The position numbers were made by a program, and so were the translations under genes. Source: an uncultured cyanobacterium (lineage in GTDB: Bacteria; Cyanobacteriota; Cyanobacteriia; Cyanobacteriales; CAWCAG01). Taken from it: 64,000 nucleotides of DNA. The first letter of the stretch is position 1, and every line of letters starts with the position of its first letter. Positions 1 through 11,115 of this stretch are shown one piece after another. A model generated the notes under the pieces. The model had not been told where the DNA came from, did no database searches, and was given only the letters and a program-made list of their open reading frames with translations. The DNA is taken from contig CAWDOD010000006.1 in assembly GCA_963803805.1 (NCBI GenBank), positions 64,001 to 128,000 of the forward strand. Direction: 5' to 3'.

Positions 1-542
1 TTTTGGGGGGATTAACTGTAACCCAAATGCTGCGGTTTGATATCGTTACGGCTCATTTAGGGACAGCTTTATTATTCTTCAGCACTTTGATTGTGATTGG
101 TGGAAGTCTTAGCCCCTATGAAAGTACCTCTGCTGTAGGAAAGTTACCTTGGGTAGGTTTAACGGCTACTGTTCTAGTTTACTTACAAAGTTTATTGGGA
201 GGGTTAGTGGGTTCCCGTTGGGCTTTACACCAATGCTTTGGTACATCTCAATTATGTGCTGTGATGAATAGCCACATTATCGGTGTTTTTCCAGCTACCA
301 TTGCTACTCTTACTTTAGTGATTATTTCCTGGCGTACCTCTGGCTTAAGTCCTCTGCTGGGGCAACTGGCAAATTGGTCTGGAGTTTTAGTCTTGTTACA
401 AATTATCCTTGGTGTGGCAACTTTCAAGTTACACCTTCAAGTCGAACCTCTAACAGTAACTCATCAAGCTATTGGTGCTGCTTTACTAGGAACTTTACTC
501 GCCTTTACCGTATTTAGTATCAGGGATCGGCAATCGGCATAG
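1..542 (+). CDS. ctaA: Heme A synthase (COX15/CtaA), 5'-truncated by window edge
   Basis: Multi-TM protein with conserved His motifs (TAHLG, NSH, THQ) and a Cys pair; directly upstream of ctaB. Confidence 0.9.
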   Translation, partial: LGGLTVTQMLRFDIVTAHLGTALLFFSTLIVIGGSLSPYESTSAVGKLPWVGLTATVLVYLQSLLGGLVGSRWALHQCFGTSQLCAVMNSHIIGVFPATIATLTLVIISWRTSGLSPLLGQLANWSGVLVLLQIILGVATFKLHLQVEPLTVTHQAIGAALLGTLLAFTVFSIRDRQSA

Positions 543-590
543 ACCTTAAGTATCAACAAACAACTCAAAAACTTATTTGGTGTGAATAGT

Positions 591-1544
591 ATGATTGGGA
601 CAAGTATTTCCCGCCGCAACGAAAACTTCTGGGAAGTTATCCACAGCTATTATCAATTAACTAAGCCTCGTATCATCCCTCTGCTACTAATTACCACTGC
701 AGCAGCAGTATGGCTAGCCTCAGAAGGTGAAGTAGACCCTTTATTATTGTTCGTAACTTTAGCTGGGGGAACCTTAGCTGCTGCTTCTGCTCAAACCTTA
801 AACTGTATTTATGACCGAGATATTGACTACGAAATGAAGCGGACTCGTCATCGCCCTATCCCTTCTGGGCGAGTTAGTCCCAGGGATGCGGCTATTTTTG
901 CTTCAGTGTTGGCTTTTATTTCCTTTACCCTTTTAGCTGTTTTTGCCAATCTCCTCAGTGCTTTGCTAGCCATGTCTGGCATTGTTTTCTATATGTTCAT
1001 TTATACCCACCTACTCAAACGCCATAGCACCCAAAATATTGTCATCGGTGGTGCTGCCGGTTCCATTCCTCCTCTGGTAGGTTGGGCTGCGGTGACGGGT
1101 AATCTAAGTTGGGCCGCAGGATTATTATTTGCGATTATTTTCCTTTGGACACCGCCCCATTTTTGGGCCTTAGCTTTAATGATTCGCGATGATTATGCCC
1201 AGGTTAATGTACCGATGTTACCCGTGGTAGCTGGGGAGGAAGCCACCGTTAAACAAATTTGGCTTTATAGTCTGTTAGTTGTTCCTGCCACTTTCGGTTT
1301 AATTTATCCTTTTGGGGGGCTAGGACTCATTTATGGCATCGCGGCTATAGGTTTGGGCTATATTTTTCTACGTAAAGCATGGCAGTTAAAACAAGCACCG
1401 ACAGATAAGCAGTTAGCGAAATCTTTGTTTAAGTATTCCATACTCTACATGATGCTGTTATGTACTGCTATTGTGGTTGATTGTTTGCCTTTAACCCAAC
1501 ATTTAATCGATATTGTTATTAGCAATATGTCTAATTTTACTTGA
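591..1544 (+). CDS. ctaB: Protoheme IX farnesyltransferase (heme O synthase)
   Basis: LTKPRII, DRDIDxxMxRTxxRP and [11 protein letters not shown] motifs; ATG 591 preferred over GTG 582. Confidence 0.95.
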   Translation: MIGTSISRRNENFWEVIHSYYQLTKPRIIPLLLITTAAAVWLASEGEVDPLLLFVTLAGGTLAAASAQTLNCIYDRDIDYEMKRTRHRPIPSGRVSPRDAAIFASVLAFISFTLLAVFANLLSALLAMSGIVFYMFIYTHLLKRHSTQNIVIGGAAGSIPPLVGWAAVTGNLSWAAGLLFAIIFLWTPPHFWALALMIRDDYAQVNVPMLPVVAGEEATVKQIWLYSLLVVPATFGLIYPFGGLGLIYGIAAIGLGYIFLRKAWQLKQAPTDKQLAKSLFKYSILYMMLLCTAIVVDCLPLTQHLIDIVISNMSNFT

Positions 1545-1805
1545 CGGGTAAGGGGTGAAGGGTAGTATGTTTGTTTTTTAAAACTATCTCTTTACCCCCA
1601 AAATTTTAAGCTACCTAAGTGGGGTTGCAGATGGGCTTCAGGGTAGTAAATCCGCAACTACTAGCTGGATTAAAGTCAAAGATAATACCTCTTTATCCTC
1701 CTATTTGCCCAATGTGAAGCTTCAGAAATTATCACATCCCTTGAGAAAATAGCTACTTGATCATCCACAATCAAAAAAATAGCTTCATTGAGGAAATCAA
1801 GAAAT

Positions 1806-2576
1806 ATGTTAGTACCTTATTTCGGTTATAGTTTTGGTTTAGGAATTTTTACTCTATTCATATTTGGTATTTTACAATGGTTGCATATTCCTGCTGGCAA
1901 CTTAGTAGATTGGTTAATTGGTATTGCTAGTTTTTGGTGGCTGATAGCAATTGTGACTATACCTTGGAATATTTATTTTGAAGCGAGGGAAGTATTAGTA
2001 GAAGCAGACACTTCCAGAGAAAGAGGTTTAACCGTAGAACAACCAAAACTAAACTATGTAAAAAAGCTTGCCCGTTGGTCATTAGTCGGTGCGATCGCTC
2101 TTCATTTTCTTTCTGCTGTGACACTTTATATTCTCGCTGCTACAGGTATAAGTGTAGTTGGTTATATTAGTTCAGCAGCCACTTTATTATTAACAGTCTT
2201 ACGCCCTGCTATACGAGGATATCAATATTTAGCAGCTAGGTTGGTAATGATTCGTAGAGAAATAAAATATCCCAGAGAAGATGTTTTAGAACTACGCCAA
2301 CGTTTCACAATTATAGAAGAAACAATCAAAAATCTTATCAGAAAAACAGACCTCGAACAAACAAATTCTCCCCTTTCTATAATTAAAAGTGATAGCCAAG
2401 AAAATCGTCACAACCTAGCTAATTTAAGGGCCACATTAGAACAATTAGAAGCTCGTAATGAACTAGAACATCAGCGTATTTTAAGAGAATCTCAAAATGC
2501 GATCGCCCAGTTAACTGAAGATAGTCAAGTTCTCAATCATGTTAGAGAAATAATTCATTTCTTCAAAGCTGCTTAA
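1806..2576 (+). CDS. Hypothetical membrane protein with C-terminal coiled coil
   Basis: Long ORF, about 4 hydrophobic helices then a heptad-rich tail. Confidence 0.7.
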   Translation: MLVPYFGYSFGLGIFTLFIFGILQWLHIPAGNLVDWLIGIASFWWLIAIVTIPWNIYFEAREVLVEADTSRERGLTVEQPKLNYVKKLARWSLVGAIALHFLSAVTLYILAATGISVVGYISSAATLLLTVLRPAIRGYQYLAARLVMIRREIKYPREDVLELRQRFTIIEETIKNLIRKTDLEQTNSPLSIIKSDSQENRHNLANLRATLEQLEARNELEHQRILRESQNAIAQLTEDSQVLNHVREIIHFFKAA

Positions 2577-2587
2577 TTCTCTTTTAC

Positions 2588-5311
2588 TCAATCAAGAGCT
2601 TCTCGTACCAAAATCACCGTCGCCCCTACAGTTTTAGCAATTCTTTCCGGTATGCTACCACGAAGGTTTTGTTGCAACATTCCCTTTTGAGTTGCTCCTA
2701 AAACAATCACATCGCACTGATTTTCTTGTACCCAATTAACTACTCCTTCCACAATAGAAGGGGCGCAAATACTAATAGCCATAACTTGAGCATTGAGATG
2801 ATGATTGAGAGAGTTAGCTGTACGTTGCAAACTTAACAAATCTGGTTCGGTTTCATGGGGATAATAAACTTGGCAAAGCCAAATTTGAGGAGCCGGAATG
2901 CCTGTTGTGAGGCTTTCTAAGAGGCGAATTGCTTTTTGGGAATGGGGACCGCCAGCTACCAAAACTAACCAGCAAGAGGAATAGATACTGCTCAATCCTA
3001 GGGAACCAGAATCACTAAGCAGCGCTGGAGTATTGTGAAGGGGAGTTCTTTTCAAACGGAGAGGAAATCGCCGATTACGAACTTTTAAATCTTGACCCAA
3101 TTTGATTAAAAGAAGATCACAGGAAGCTAATTGGACAAGACGATCAGCTACAGTACTAAGAATACTTCCAGGGGTAGAATTATAACCTTTCCAACCCATA
3201 ATCACTAGATCAATCTGTCGCTCATTAATAGTTTCGGCAATGGCTGAAGGTACATTACGAGCAATCCTAATTTGTTCATGTATGGGGACTTGCCACTTCT
3301 GGGCAACTTTTTTTGCTTCTGCAAGTAATTTATGACTAGCTTGAGAATTAACTTCCGTTTGAGCCGGAAAATTGTGACGAGGAATACAGATAATGGCTAA
3401 GCATTGTAACTCATACTTGCGTTGAGAGGCGATCGCTACAGCCATTTCGATAAGTGCCGAAGCAGTATGAGGATTAGCTAAAGGTAAAAGAATACGTCCT
3501 TTACCTAATGCAGGGGAGCGAGTTTGATAGATTAAATAGGAAGGTTCTGGTTTATTTTCTACTCCTTCAGTACCCGCAAAACTCTTGCTTCCTTGCAAAC
3601 GTTCTGCTTCAACTCGGATAATATCACCACGGGTAATAACACCAATTAACTTGCTCCCTTCGGTAACGGGTAAATGGGAAAGTTTGTATCTATCTAGCAA
3701 GTAAAGAACATCACAGAGAGGAGTGTTAGTATTTACGGTAATCGGTTTGGGAGTCATGAATTCCCTCAAAGGTGTGTCTTCTTTGCGATTAGAAAGTTTC
3801 GATAGATCAGTTTGGGTAACGATTCCTACTAACTTGTTATTTTCAAGAACCGGGAAACCTTGATAAGAGGAGCGAGAAAAAGCTTGAATTGTGTCTTCTA
3901 GGGAAGTATCAACTGATAGAGTTTCTACCCGGCGTTGCATCACTTCAGAAGCGATCAACCTCTCGAATAGAGAATAATTAATAGTTTCATCTTGAAGTTC
4001 AATGCCGTTATGTTCCAAAAGATGTTGATAGAGAGAACCCTTAAATACTGTTTCCCCTACCAAATAAGCAACGGCAGAACAAACCATCAAAGGTAGTACC
4101 AGGCGGAAATCAGCGGTAATTTCAAAAACAATCACAATGGCTGTCACCGGAACTCTTGCTACGGCGGTGAAAAAAGCTCCCATTCCAACTAAGGCATAGG
4201 TTTGAGGATAACCGATTCCTAAAATAGCCATCTCCGCATTACCGCAGAGGTAACCTAAAGCCGTTCCCAAAACCAAAGCAGGGGCAAAGATTCCTCCTGG
4301 CGCACCTGAACCGTAGGCTATAAGAGTAAGGAAAAATTGGGCTACAAAAACCTCGGCGGTGGTTTGCCAATCTCCTGTCTCGCTAGTGACTAAGAATTCC
4401 CTTAAGCCAGCGTTATTTTGAAAAAAAGGAGGCAGCAAGGCGACAATAATACCAGAGATCAAACCAGCTAAACCAATTCTGATCGGCATCGGCAAACTGA
4501 GGCGACGGTTATAATCTAAGCTAAATAGGATGCCACGATTAAACAACGCTCCCAAAACCCCAGCTAAAATCCCCAAAACGAGGTAAAAAGGAATTTCTGA
4601 GGGGGCAATAGTGTTTGGTATCGATTCATTAAAAATGGTTTTAGGTATATTAAGTTCTCCAGAACCCAACCACCTAGAAACTACAGCCCCAGTAAAAGAA
4701 GCAAGGATAGCTGTTTCTAAGGTTAAGCTAGAAACATCCCGCATCAACTCTTCCACCACAAAAAGAACCCCAGCTAAGGGGGTATTAAAGCCTGCGGCTA
4801 AACCCGCAGCAGCCCCCGCAGCAATAAGTTGGCGACGATGTTCTGGGGAATTGGGAACCCAACTACTCAATTGTGCTGCCAAAGCTGCACCAATATGTAC
4901 CGTGGGGCCACGCCTACCCAAGGTTAACCCTGCCCCCAAAACGAGGATAGTACCAACTAATTTAACCAAGGCTACCCGCAGAGATAAGGGAATTGAAAAC
5001 TGGGCTAATACAGCCTTAACTTGAGGAATGCCCCCTCCTGCGGCGGCTGGGGATAATTGTTCTATAACTAAACCGGCTAAGTACCCAAAAACTAAACCGG
5101 CTATGGGTAAAACCCAAATTGCTCCAAACCTTTCTGCTGCTTGGAGGCGATACAATCCTAACCAACCAATCCCTTGTTTAAGTAATAAAGCCGAAAGAGC
5201 AGATACTAAACCAATGACACAAGCTTCAGCTAGGGCATAGCGACTATCTAGGGAGCGATTTCGTGAAAGTCGCGACTGGAACCAATTGACAATTGTTTTG
5301 ATCTTGGTCAT
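2588..5311 (-). CDS. ClC-family chloride channel/transporter with CBS pair and two USP-like domains
   Basis: GGGIP, GRRGP, GFNTPLAG and GGIFAP ClC motifs; CBS repeats; USP-like C-terminus. Confidence 0.92.
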   Translation of the reverse strand: MTKIKTIVNWFQSRLSRNRSLDSRYALAEACVIGLVSALSALLLKQGIGWLGLYRLQAAERFGAIWVLPIAGLVFGYLAGLVIEQLSPAAAGGGIPQVKAVLAQFSIPLSLRVALVKLVGTILVLGAGLTLGRRGPTVHIGAALAAQLSSWVPNSPEHRRQLIAAGAAAGLAAGFNTPLAGVLFVVEELMRDVSSLTLETAILASFTGAVVSRWLGSGELNIPKTIFNESIPNTIAPSEIPFYLVLGILAGVLGALFNRGILFSLDYNRRLSLPMPIRIGLAGLISGIIVALLPPFFQNNAGLREFLVTSETGDWQTTAEVFVAQFFLTLIAYGSGAPGGIFAPALVLGTALGYLCGNAEMAILGIGYPQTYALVGMGAFFTAVARVPVTAIVIVFEITADFRLVLPLMVCSAVAYLVGETVFKGSLYQHLLEHNGIELQDETINYSLFERLIASEVMQRRVETLSVDTSLEDTIQAFSRSSYQGFPVLENNKLVGIVTQTDLSKLSNRKEDTPLREFMTPKPITVNTNTPLCDVLYLLDRYKLSHLPVTEGSKLIGVITRGDIIRVEAERLQGSKSFAGTEGVENKPEPSYLIYQTRSPALGKGRILLPLANPHTASALIEMAVAIASQRKYELQCLAIICIPRHNFPAQTEVNSQASHKLLAEAKKVAQKWQVPIHEQIRIARNVPSAIAETINERQIDLVIMGWKGYNSTPGSILSTVADRLVQLASCDLLLIKLGQDLKVRNRRFPLRLKRTPLHNTPALLSDSGSLGLSSIYSSCWLVLVAGGPHSQKAIRLLESLTTGIPAPQIWLCQVYYPHETEPDLLSLQRTANSLNHHLNAQVMAISICAPSIVEGVVNWVQENQCDVIVLGATQKGMLQQNLRGSIPERIAKTVGATVILVREALD

Positions 5312-5438
5312 TGATCAATGATGAGTCATCATTGCTCGTTGGTGGCTAGAAAACTTATGATTCAATATTATCCTTAAATTTAAAGATACCTTGTTAATTT
5401 GTGATTAGTTCGGGTTCATTTACTAGGCTCAAATATAT

Positions 5439-6890
5439 ATGAATAAGCAAGCTTTTCTACGTCAGTGGTTTCCCCTTGGTTTAATACTATTATTGGCAGG
5501 GGGACTTTATCTCTACCAACTTGGGGCTGAAAGCCTGTGGAGTGATGAAATCATTAGTATTCTTGATGCAGAAGCTTTACCAAAAATTGTTAAAAAGGAA
5601 CGCCCCCTTTACTATCCCCTCCTACGCTTATGGATGTTCTTCGGTACTAGTGATGTTTGGTTAAGGGGATTATCGGTTTTATTCGGCTTAGGTAGCGTTT
5701 TAACAATTTATCTTTTGGGGAAGAAACTTTTTAGTAAATCAACGGGTTTGTTAGCTGCCTTGTTGTTAGCTTTGTCTCCTTTATTTATTTTCCACTTCCA
5801 AGAAGTACGGATGTATGGGTTGAGTGCTTTACTAAGCCTATGTGGTACTTTAGCACTAGCTTCAGCCCTAGAAACTCCCACTACTTTGTCTACTAATTTA
5901 TGGACTTTGGGGCGGGTTTTGATGCTCTATAATACTCCCCTCACTGCTCCTTTACTACTTCCTGATACTTTACTGATCGGGTGGCGTTTTCGCCAGCAAC
6001 CCAAGGTTCTATTTAAGTTTGGTATCCGTTTAACTTTTATTGTGGTTGCCTTATTGCCATTGCTTTACGCACTAAGTCGCAAGCCAGGGGAAAAAGGGCC
6101 AGATCAAGGAATTAGTAACTTGCCTAACTTCAGTGATTTTCTAGGAAGTTTGGTTAGCTACACAGTTTATTTTCATAAAATCCCCTTTCCTTCAAACACC
6201 ATTGAGTTACTCTATAAAGCCTTTGCTATTCTTCTGTTGGTTTTGTTAGGGTTTGTACTGTTCAAACTCAAAAAATTACCGAAGCTAGCTTGGGTAGCAA
6301 TGTGGGCTATTTTTCCCATGATGGTTTTATTTTTAGCAACTCCTATATCTATTAGACTTTGGCAACCTCGCCATTCTATGTTTGCCCTTCCTTATCTTCT
6401 CTTATTACTGGCCGTAGCCCTAGTGCAACTCTGGAATCGTCAAAAGGTGGTCGCAGTTTTCGCCTCCCTTATCTACGGTGTTGCAGTGCTAGGAGGGCTT
6501 ACTAACTACTACAAAGTACAGGATCGCATCGATTGGCGTGGTGTAGCCGATAAGATTGAAACCGAAGAACAACCTGGTGATGAAATTGCCATCTCCGCAG
6601 AAGTTTTTGGGCGGCTTTTTGCTTACTATTATGATGGTTCTGCACCTATTGTTGCTGTTTGGAAACCTGGCCCTCCTCAACCTCGCCCCCTATCTAAGTC
6701 TGTTATCAAAGAAGCAATTGACGATTTACCACCTTTTTCTTCCCGTCTCTGGTTTATTTATAAACACATTACTAGCACAGGAGAACAACAACATCAACTT
6801 ATTCAAGAAGTGATCGAAGAAGAATTTCAGGTAAGACAAGAACAGCACTTTGAGGAGATAGATTTGTATTTAGTGACTCCAAAAAACTAA
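5439..6890 (+). CDS. GT-C fold glycosyltransferase (family 39/PMT-like)
   Basis: SLWSDE, PLYY and EVRMY motifs; many TM helices. Confidence 0.8.
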   Translation: MNKQAFLRQWFPLGLILLLAGGLYLYQLGAESLWSDEIISILDAEALPKIVKKERPLYYPLLRLWMFFGTSDVWLRGLSVLFGLGSVLTIYLLGKKLFSKSTGLLAALLLALSPLFIFHFQEVRMYGLSALLSLCGTLALASALETPTTLSTNLWTLGRVLMLYNTPLTAPLLLPDTLLIGWRFRQQPKVLFKFGIRLTFIVVALLPLLYALSRKPGEKGPDQGISNLPNFSDFLGSLVSYTVYFHKIPFPSNTIELLYKAFAILLLVLLGFVLFKLKKLPKLAWVAMWAIFPMMVLFLATPISIRLWQPRHSMFALPYLLLLLAVALVQLWNRQKVVAVFASLIYGVAVLGGLTNYYKVQDRIDWRGVADKIETEEQPGDEIAISAEVFGRLFAYYYDGSAPIVAVWKPGPPQPRPLSKSVIKEAIDDLPPFSSRLWFIYKHITSTGEQQHQLIQEVIEEEFQVRQEQHFEEIDLYLVTPKN

Positions 6891-6966
6891 ATGTTTCACT
6901 TTTATTAAAAATTGATTATCTTCTTTCCACAGTTCTCAATATGTCTGTGTATCTTTCATCTATTAC

Positions 6967-7839
6967 TTAAACTTCCTTAAGCAACCAAAATCCTGCAAAG
7001 GATTCTGAGTCGGGATGAGATTGAATAGCTAGAAAGTGAATCCCTTGTGCTTGTGCTTTAGTTTTTTCAAATCCTTTAGCTTCAGCTACAGTTTGACTAG
7101 CTGTTAAATCAGCCAGAATCCAACTATCACTTAAGCCTGTTTCTAACAGTAATTTCGCTTTTTCTTCCCCATCAAATTGCAAAGAAGCCATTTCTAAACC
7201 TGACAACCAACCAGCTAGGGGCAAGGCACGAGGGGAGAAAATAATTAAGCCGGGAATTTTAGTTTCAGGATTAATTCCCATAGCATTTAGGGGCAAATTT
7301 TCCCCGAAAGCAATGTCCCATTCTGCCATATCTTGGAAACTACCCGCTTCCAAGGTAACAAAAGCCCATTTGTCTCCTTTGTCACCGCGAGTAGCATCGG
7401 GTAAAGGGCTAGGGGGTTGGGTAGGATATTGCACTGCTGCAACATTGGCTAATGCAGGGTCAAAACCCGGTTGAGTTGGGTAAATTTCCTTCATCCGCTT
7501 TTCTAACAACTGTTGCAATCCATAGGTACGACGACTAGGAACAGCCATGATTCCTAATTCTTCTGCTGCTTTAACAATCATATTATTCATTTGGCGACGG
7601 AAGAAGCGAATTTTTTTTGGCGGTACTGTTGAAGAGGCGATCGCTTCTTCTAAAGCTTCTCGCAACCAAATTGAATTTACAGTTTTGTTACTACAAAATT
7701 TTGAATATTGAAAGAGTTTTTCAGGGGAACTATAAATACTACTAGGACTTTCGCAAATAAGAACTTCCCAGAGCTTTTTTCGCTGCTCATCTAGTATTGG
7801 TCGAGAATAAAAGTCTAATTCCCAAATTTGATTTTCCAT
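6967..7839 (-). CDS. Tab2/ATAB2 family RNA-binding protein
   Basis: WELDFYSRPILDE..KKLWEVLICE start and FAGFWLL end. Confidence 0.9.
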   Translation of the reverse strand: MENQIWELDFYSRPILDEQRKKLWEVLICESPSSIYSSPEKLFQYSKFCSNKTVNSIWLREALEEAIASSTVPPKKIRFFRRQMNNMIVKAAEELGIMAVPSRRTYGLQQLLEKRMKEIYPTQPGFDPALANVAAVQYPTQPPSPLPDATRGDKGDKWAFVTLEAGSFQDMAEWDIAFGENLPLNAMGINPETKIPGLIIFSPRALPLAGWLSGLEMASLQFDGEEKAKLLLETGLSDSWILADLTASQTVAEAKGFEKTKAQAQGIHFLAIQSHPDSESFAGFWLLKEV

Positions 7840-7872
7840 ATAAATTTTCAATTATAATTGGCTTATTGCTCT

Positions 7873-9343
7873 TTAACTTACCAGAAAATAAGTCTTCATC
7901 TGCCCCATACCTTTAATATAAATTTCACCACGCTCTTCTAATAAATATTGGTCTTGTAAAAGTTTATAAGTTACTTCACTCAATTGAATTTTACCCGGTA
8001 AACCATGGGATTCCATACGACTAGCAATATTAACTGTATCTCCCCACAAATCATAACTAAACTTTTTCTTGCCTATAACCCCTGCAACCACTGGCCCTGT
8101 ATGAATGCCAATGCGAAGGGAGAAGTCCTGTTGTGTTCTGGTACTTACTTGAGAAATAGCTGCTTGCATATCTAAGGCCATTTGAGCAATAGAATTGGCA
8201 TGGTCATCTCTTGGCAAAGGTAAACCTCCCACAACCATGTAAGCATCACCAATAGTTTTAATTTTTTCCAAATCATGTTTCCCTACTAACTGGTCAAATT
8301 CAGAGAAAATTAAATTGAGAATTTCTACTAACTTAGAAGGAGTAATACTAGCTGCTATTTTCGTAAAACCAACGATATCAGCAAATAAAACTGTGACTTC
8401 TGTGAAATTTTCAGCAATAGTGGATTTTTGTGCTTTTAGTTGTTCAGCAATGCTTGATGGCAAAATGTTTAGTAACAGCTTCTCTGCTTTTTCTTGTTCG
8501 ATGCGTAAAGCTTTTTCTACTCGCAATCTTTCCGTTATATCTCGACCAATATAAATTCTGTCTTCCTCAAAGTTTTGATTTTTCGAGCTGTTTTCTAAAT
8601 AGTTGTTAATAATAGAGCAAGAAAAAGATACAGGAACGCGCTGTCCTGATTTTTTCAAACAAAGTGTTTCTACATCTTGAAACAGAATCACCTGACAAAG
8701 TAAGAGATTTTTTGCTTACTTTACTGAGCAGATTGTTACCAATAATAATCTGAGAAATATGCTGACCGATTAATTCTAATTCTGTATAACCTAAGAGGTC
8801 TTTGGTTGCTTGATTGACAGCTTTAATTATCCCTTTGTCATTAGTAACAAACAAAGCATCAGCTAAAGAATCTACTAGTCTATCAATATAAGCTTTAGAG
8901 GCAGTTAGAGCATCAAGTAAGAGACTTGTTTCATTGCTTGCTTGTACTAAAGATTGTTCTAAACGCATTCTTGGGGTAACATCTTCACAAAAGATCACTA
9001 ACTCTCCATCACTGTTGTCCTCGTCCTGTTTCAAAATAGATAAATCAAAATAAAAATCTGTTCTATCTTCTTTAATCCTGCTCATTCCTTCAAGGTAAAA
9101 ATGAGCTTGTCTTCCTGCTATAATCTCTGTCAAAATGGCTTCCATGCCAATTAATTCAGGAAAGTATTCTTCTATATTCTTTCCTAATTCTACCTCAGTA
9201 AAACCTTCAGAAAAATTATGTACACCTGAAGAGACTTCTTTGATTTTGAAAGCCGAATTTATCTTGACATATTCTAAACTACGTAAAGATATAAATTTCT
9301 GAACGAAGGAATTCATCGAAGATTCTTCCATTTTCACAAGCAA
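7873..9343 (-). pseudogene. PAS-domain adenylate/guanylate cyclase split by a frameshift near 8680-8715
   Basis: ORF 8606-9343 holds the first part of a PAS domain; overlapping ORF 7873-8691 continues with the PAC motif and a class III cyclase (VLFADIVGFT, KIKTIGDAYM, YDLWGDTVNIASRMES). Confidence 0.85.
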
Positions 9344-9483
9344 CCCAAGCTGTAATCTTTGTCATTTTCATAACAAAGAGAGTGATAATCTAGGATTATG
9401 GCTACCGATAAGATGCTTCCATTGATACCACAAAAATGGGACGTACCCGTTAAACTGTTCAGAAGTGGTTTACTTAAACATCT

Positions 9484-10575
9484 ATGTCAGAAAGGCGCGT
9501 TATCGTCTCTACCTCTACTCTAGTCTTAACTGTAGTTATAGGACTACTCCTAGTATTGCTATGGCAACTCAGAAGCTTATTAGTGGTGTTGATGATTGCT
9601 TTAGTATTGGCTGCGGCTTTAGCCCCAATTATTGAGCAGGCAGAAAAATTAAATACCCCTCGCTGGTTAGCTGTTTTACTAGTATATTTAGGGTTAATTG
9701 CTGGTTTAACGGGAGTTGGTGTTTTAATTGGTCCTGCTGTAGTAGAACAAATTCAAAATCTTTTCCGCAGATTACCAGCTTATTTAGCCGTTTTAGAATC
9801 CTTAGCCGATGGTTTAGAACAACGTTTAGGATTAACGGACTCTTTCTTAGGAGATTTATTTGATACCCAAACTGTTCTCAATTGGTTTATTGGTTCTAGT
9901 CAACAGTTGTTGGTACGTTCCTACGGAGTAACTAGGGGGATTATTGGGGGTGCTATTAATGTCTTTCTTGTTCTCCTAATTTCTGGTTATATGTTATTAG
10001 GAGCTAACAAATTAATTGATAGTTTGGTTAGCCTTTTTCCTCATCCTTGGAATAGACGATTAAAAGCACAAGTCACCCCTGTTAGCCAACGTATGGGAGG
10101 TTATATTCAAGGAAGAGTATTAGTCTCAATTATTTTAGGTATTGCTGTTAGTATTGGCTTAAGAATTTTAGGGCTTTCAGAATTTGCTTTAGGTTTGGGA
10201 GCTATTGCCGCTATGACTAACTTAATTCCTTTCTTCGGACCTATTTTAGGAGCAATTCCGGCTTTGATTGTGGCCATTGGTCAAGGTGGTTGGCTCTTCC
10301 TTTGGGTTTTGTTATTGTTTGTAATTATCCAAAACTTAGAAACCTATCTTCTAGATCCTCTCCTTGTTGGTAACACTGTTAAGGTTTATCCCCTTTATCA
10401 ACTTTTGGCTGTTTTAGGAGGAGTACAAGTTCTTGGCATTGTGGGGGCGGTGATTGTTCCTCCTTGGGTAGCAGGTGCTTCTGTACTATTGAGTAATCTT
10501 TACCTCAGACCCAAAAAAATTGCTGAACAACAAACTACTAAAATTGATGATTCAGAAACCCTCAACGATTCGTAG
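9484..10575 (+). CDS. AI-2E family transporter
   Basis: Multi-TM; NLIPFFGPILG and IQNLE motifs. Confidence 0.88.
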   Translation: MSERRVIVSTSTLVLTVVIGLLLVLLWQLRSLLVVLMIALVLAAALAPIIEQAEKLNTPRWLAVLLVYLGLIAGLTGVGVLIGPAVVEQIQNLFRRLPAYLAVLESLADGLEQRLGLTDSFLGDLFDTQTVLNWFIGSSQQLLVRSYGVTRGIIGGAINVFLVLLISGYMLLGANKLIDSLVSLFPHPWNRRLKAQVTPVSQRMGGYIQGRVLVSIILGIAVSIGLRILGLSEFALGLGAIAAMTNLIPFFGPILGAIPALIVAIGQGGWLFLWVLLLFVIIQNLETYLLDPLLVGNTVKVYPLYQLLAVLGGVQVLGIVGAVIVPPWVAGASVLLSNLYLRPKKIAEQQTTKIDDSETLNDS

Positions 10576-10590
10576 TGGAGAAAGTTTTTA

Positions 10591-10974
10591 CTAAACTTTA
10601 TTTGACTTTCTTAACTCTGGCTGTTGAGCTAAAACAGCAATAGTCCCGCTTCTACCACTTTCTAATTCAGTATCCATTAACAAATCCACTACTTCTACTT
10701 CCACAATTTTCTCAATAAGTTCTCTTAAATCTTGCTCAATAGCTAGGTCTAAATCCGAACGCACCTGTTGAGTTAAGCTATTTTTTCCTTGATCTACCAG
10801 TAATTGTTCCGGTTGAGTAAGGGCGTTTTCAACAATAATTGTAATCTTTTCTTTCAAAAGATTACAGGCTACCTTCTTAGGCTTGCTACCGATTTTGTCG
10901 CGGTATAATTTCTGAATTTGCTGGGAAAGAGTTCTTTCTAGTTGTCCACTTGTGGGTAGGGATTGATCTGGCAT
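10591..10974 (-). CDS. DUF2294 (MpsC-like) protein
   Basis: GQLERTLSQ..Y...G.KP and LTQPEQLL motifs; ATG 10974 likely start. Confidence 0.8.
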   Translation of the reverse strand: MPDQSLPTSGQLERTLSQQIQKLYRDKIGSKPKKVACNLLKEKITIIVENALTQPEQLLVDQGKNSLTQQVRSDLDLAIEQDLRELIEKIVEVEVVDLLMDTELESGRSGTIAVLAQQPELRKSNKV

Positions 10975-11115
10975 AAGTAATTGAATTGGTAGATATAAAA
11001 AGGATGCTATCAAGCTATAGGTTAATAAATATACAACAAACAAACTATAAATGTATAAGAGAGGGAATTATTAGCAGTATATTAATATTTAACTACTTCC
11101 GTAATACAGAGTAAA

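Noticed and set aside
4611-5240. Antisense or shadow ORFs in the track (also 15998-16688, 46085-47635, 19482-19784 and others)
   Set aside because: They overlap well-supported genes and show no motifs
5312-5400. Fluoride riboswitch upstream of the ClC gene
   Set aside because: Only TGATGACTC within a simple palindrome; the 5' GGCGATGG..CGCC part is absent and the ClC lacks fluoride-type signatures
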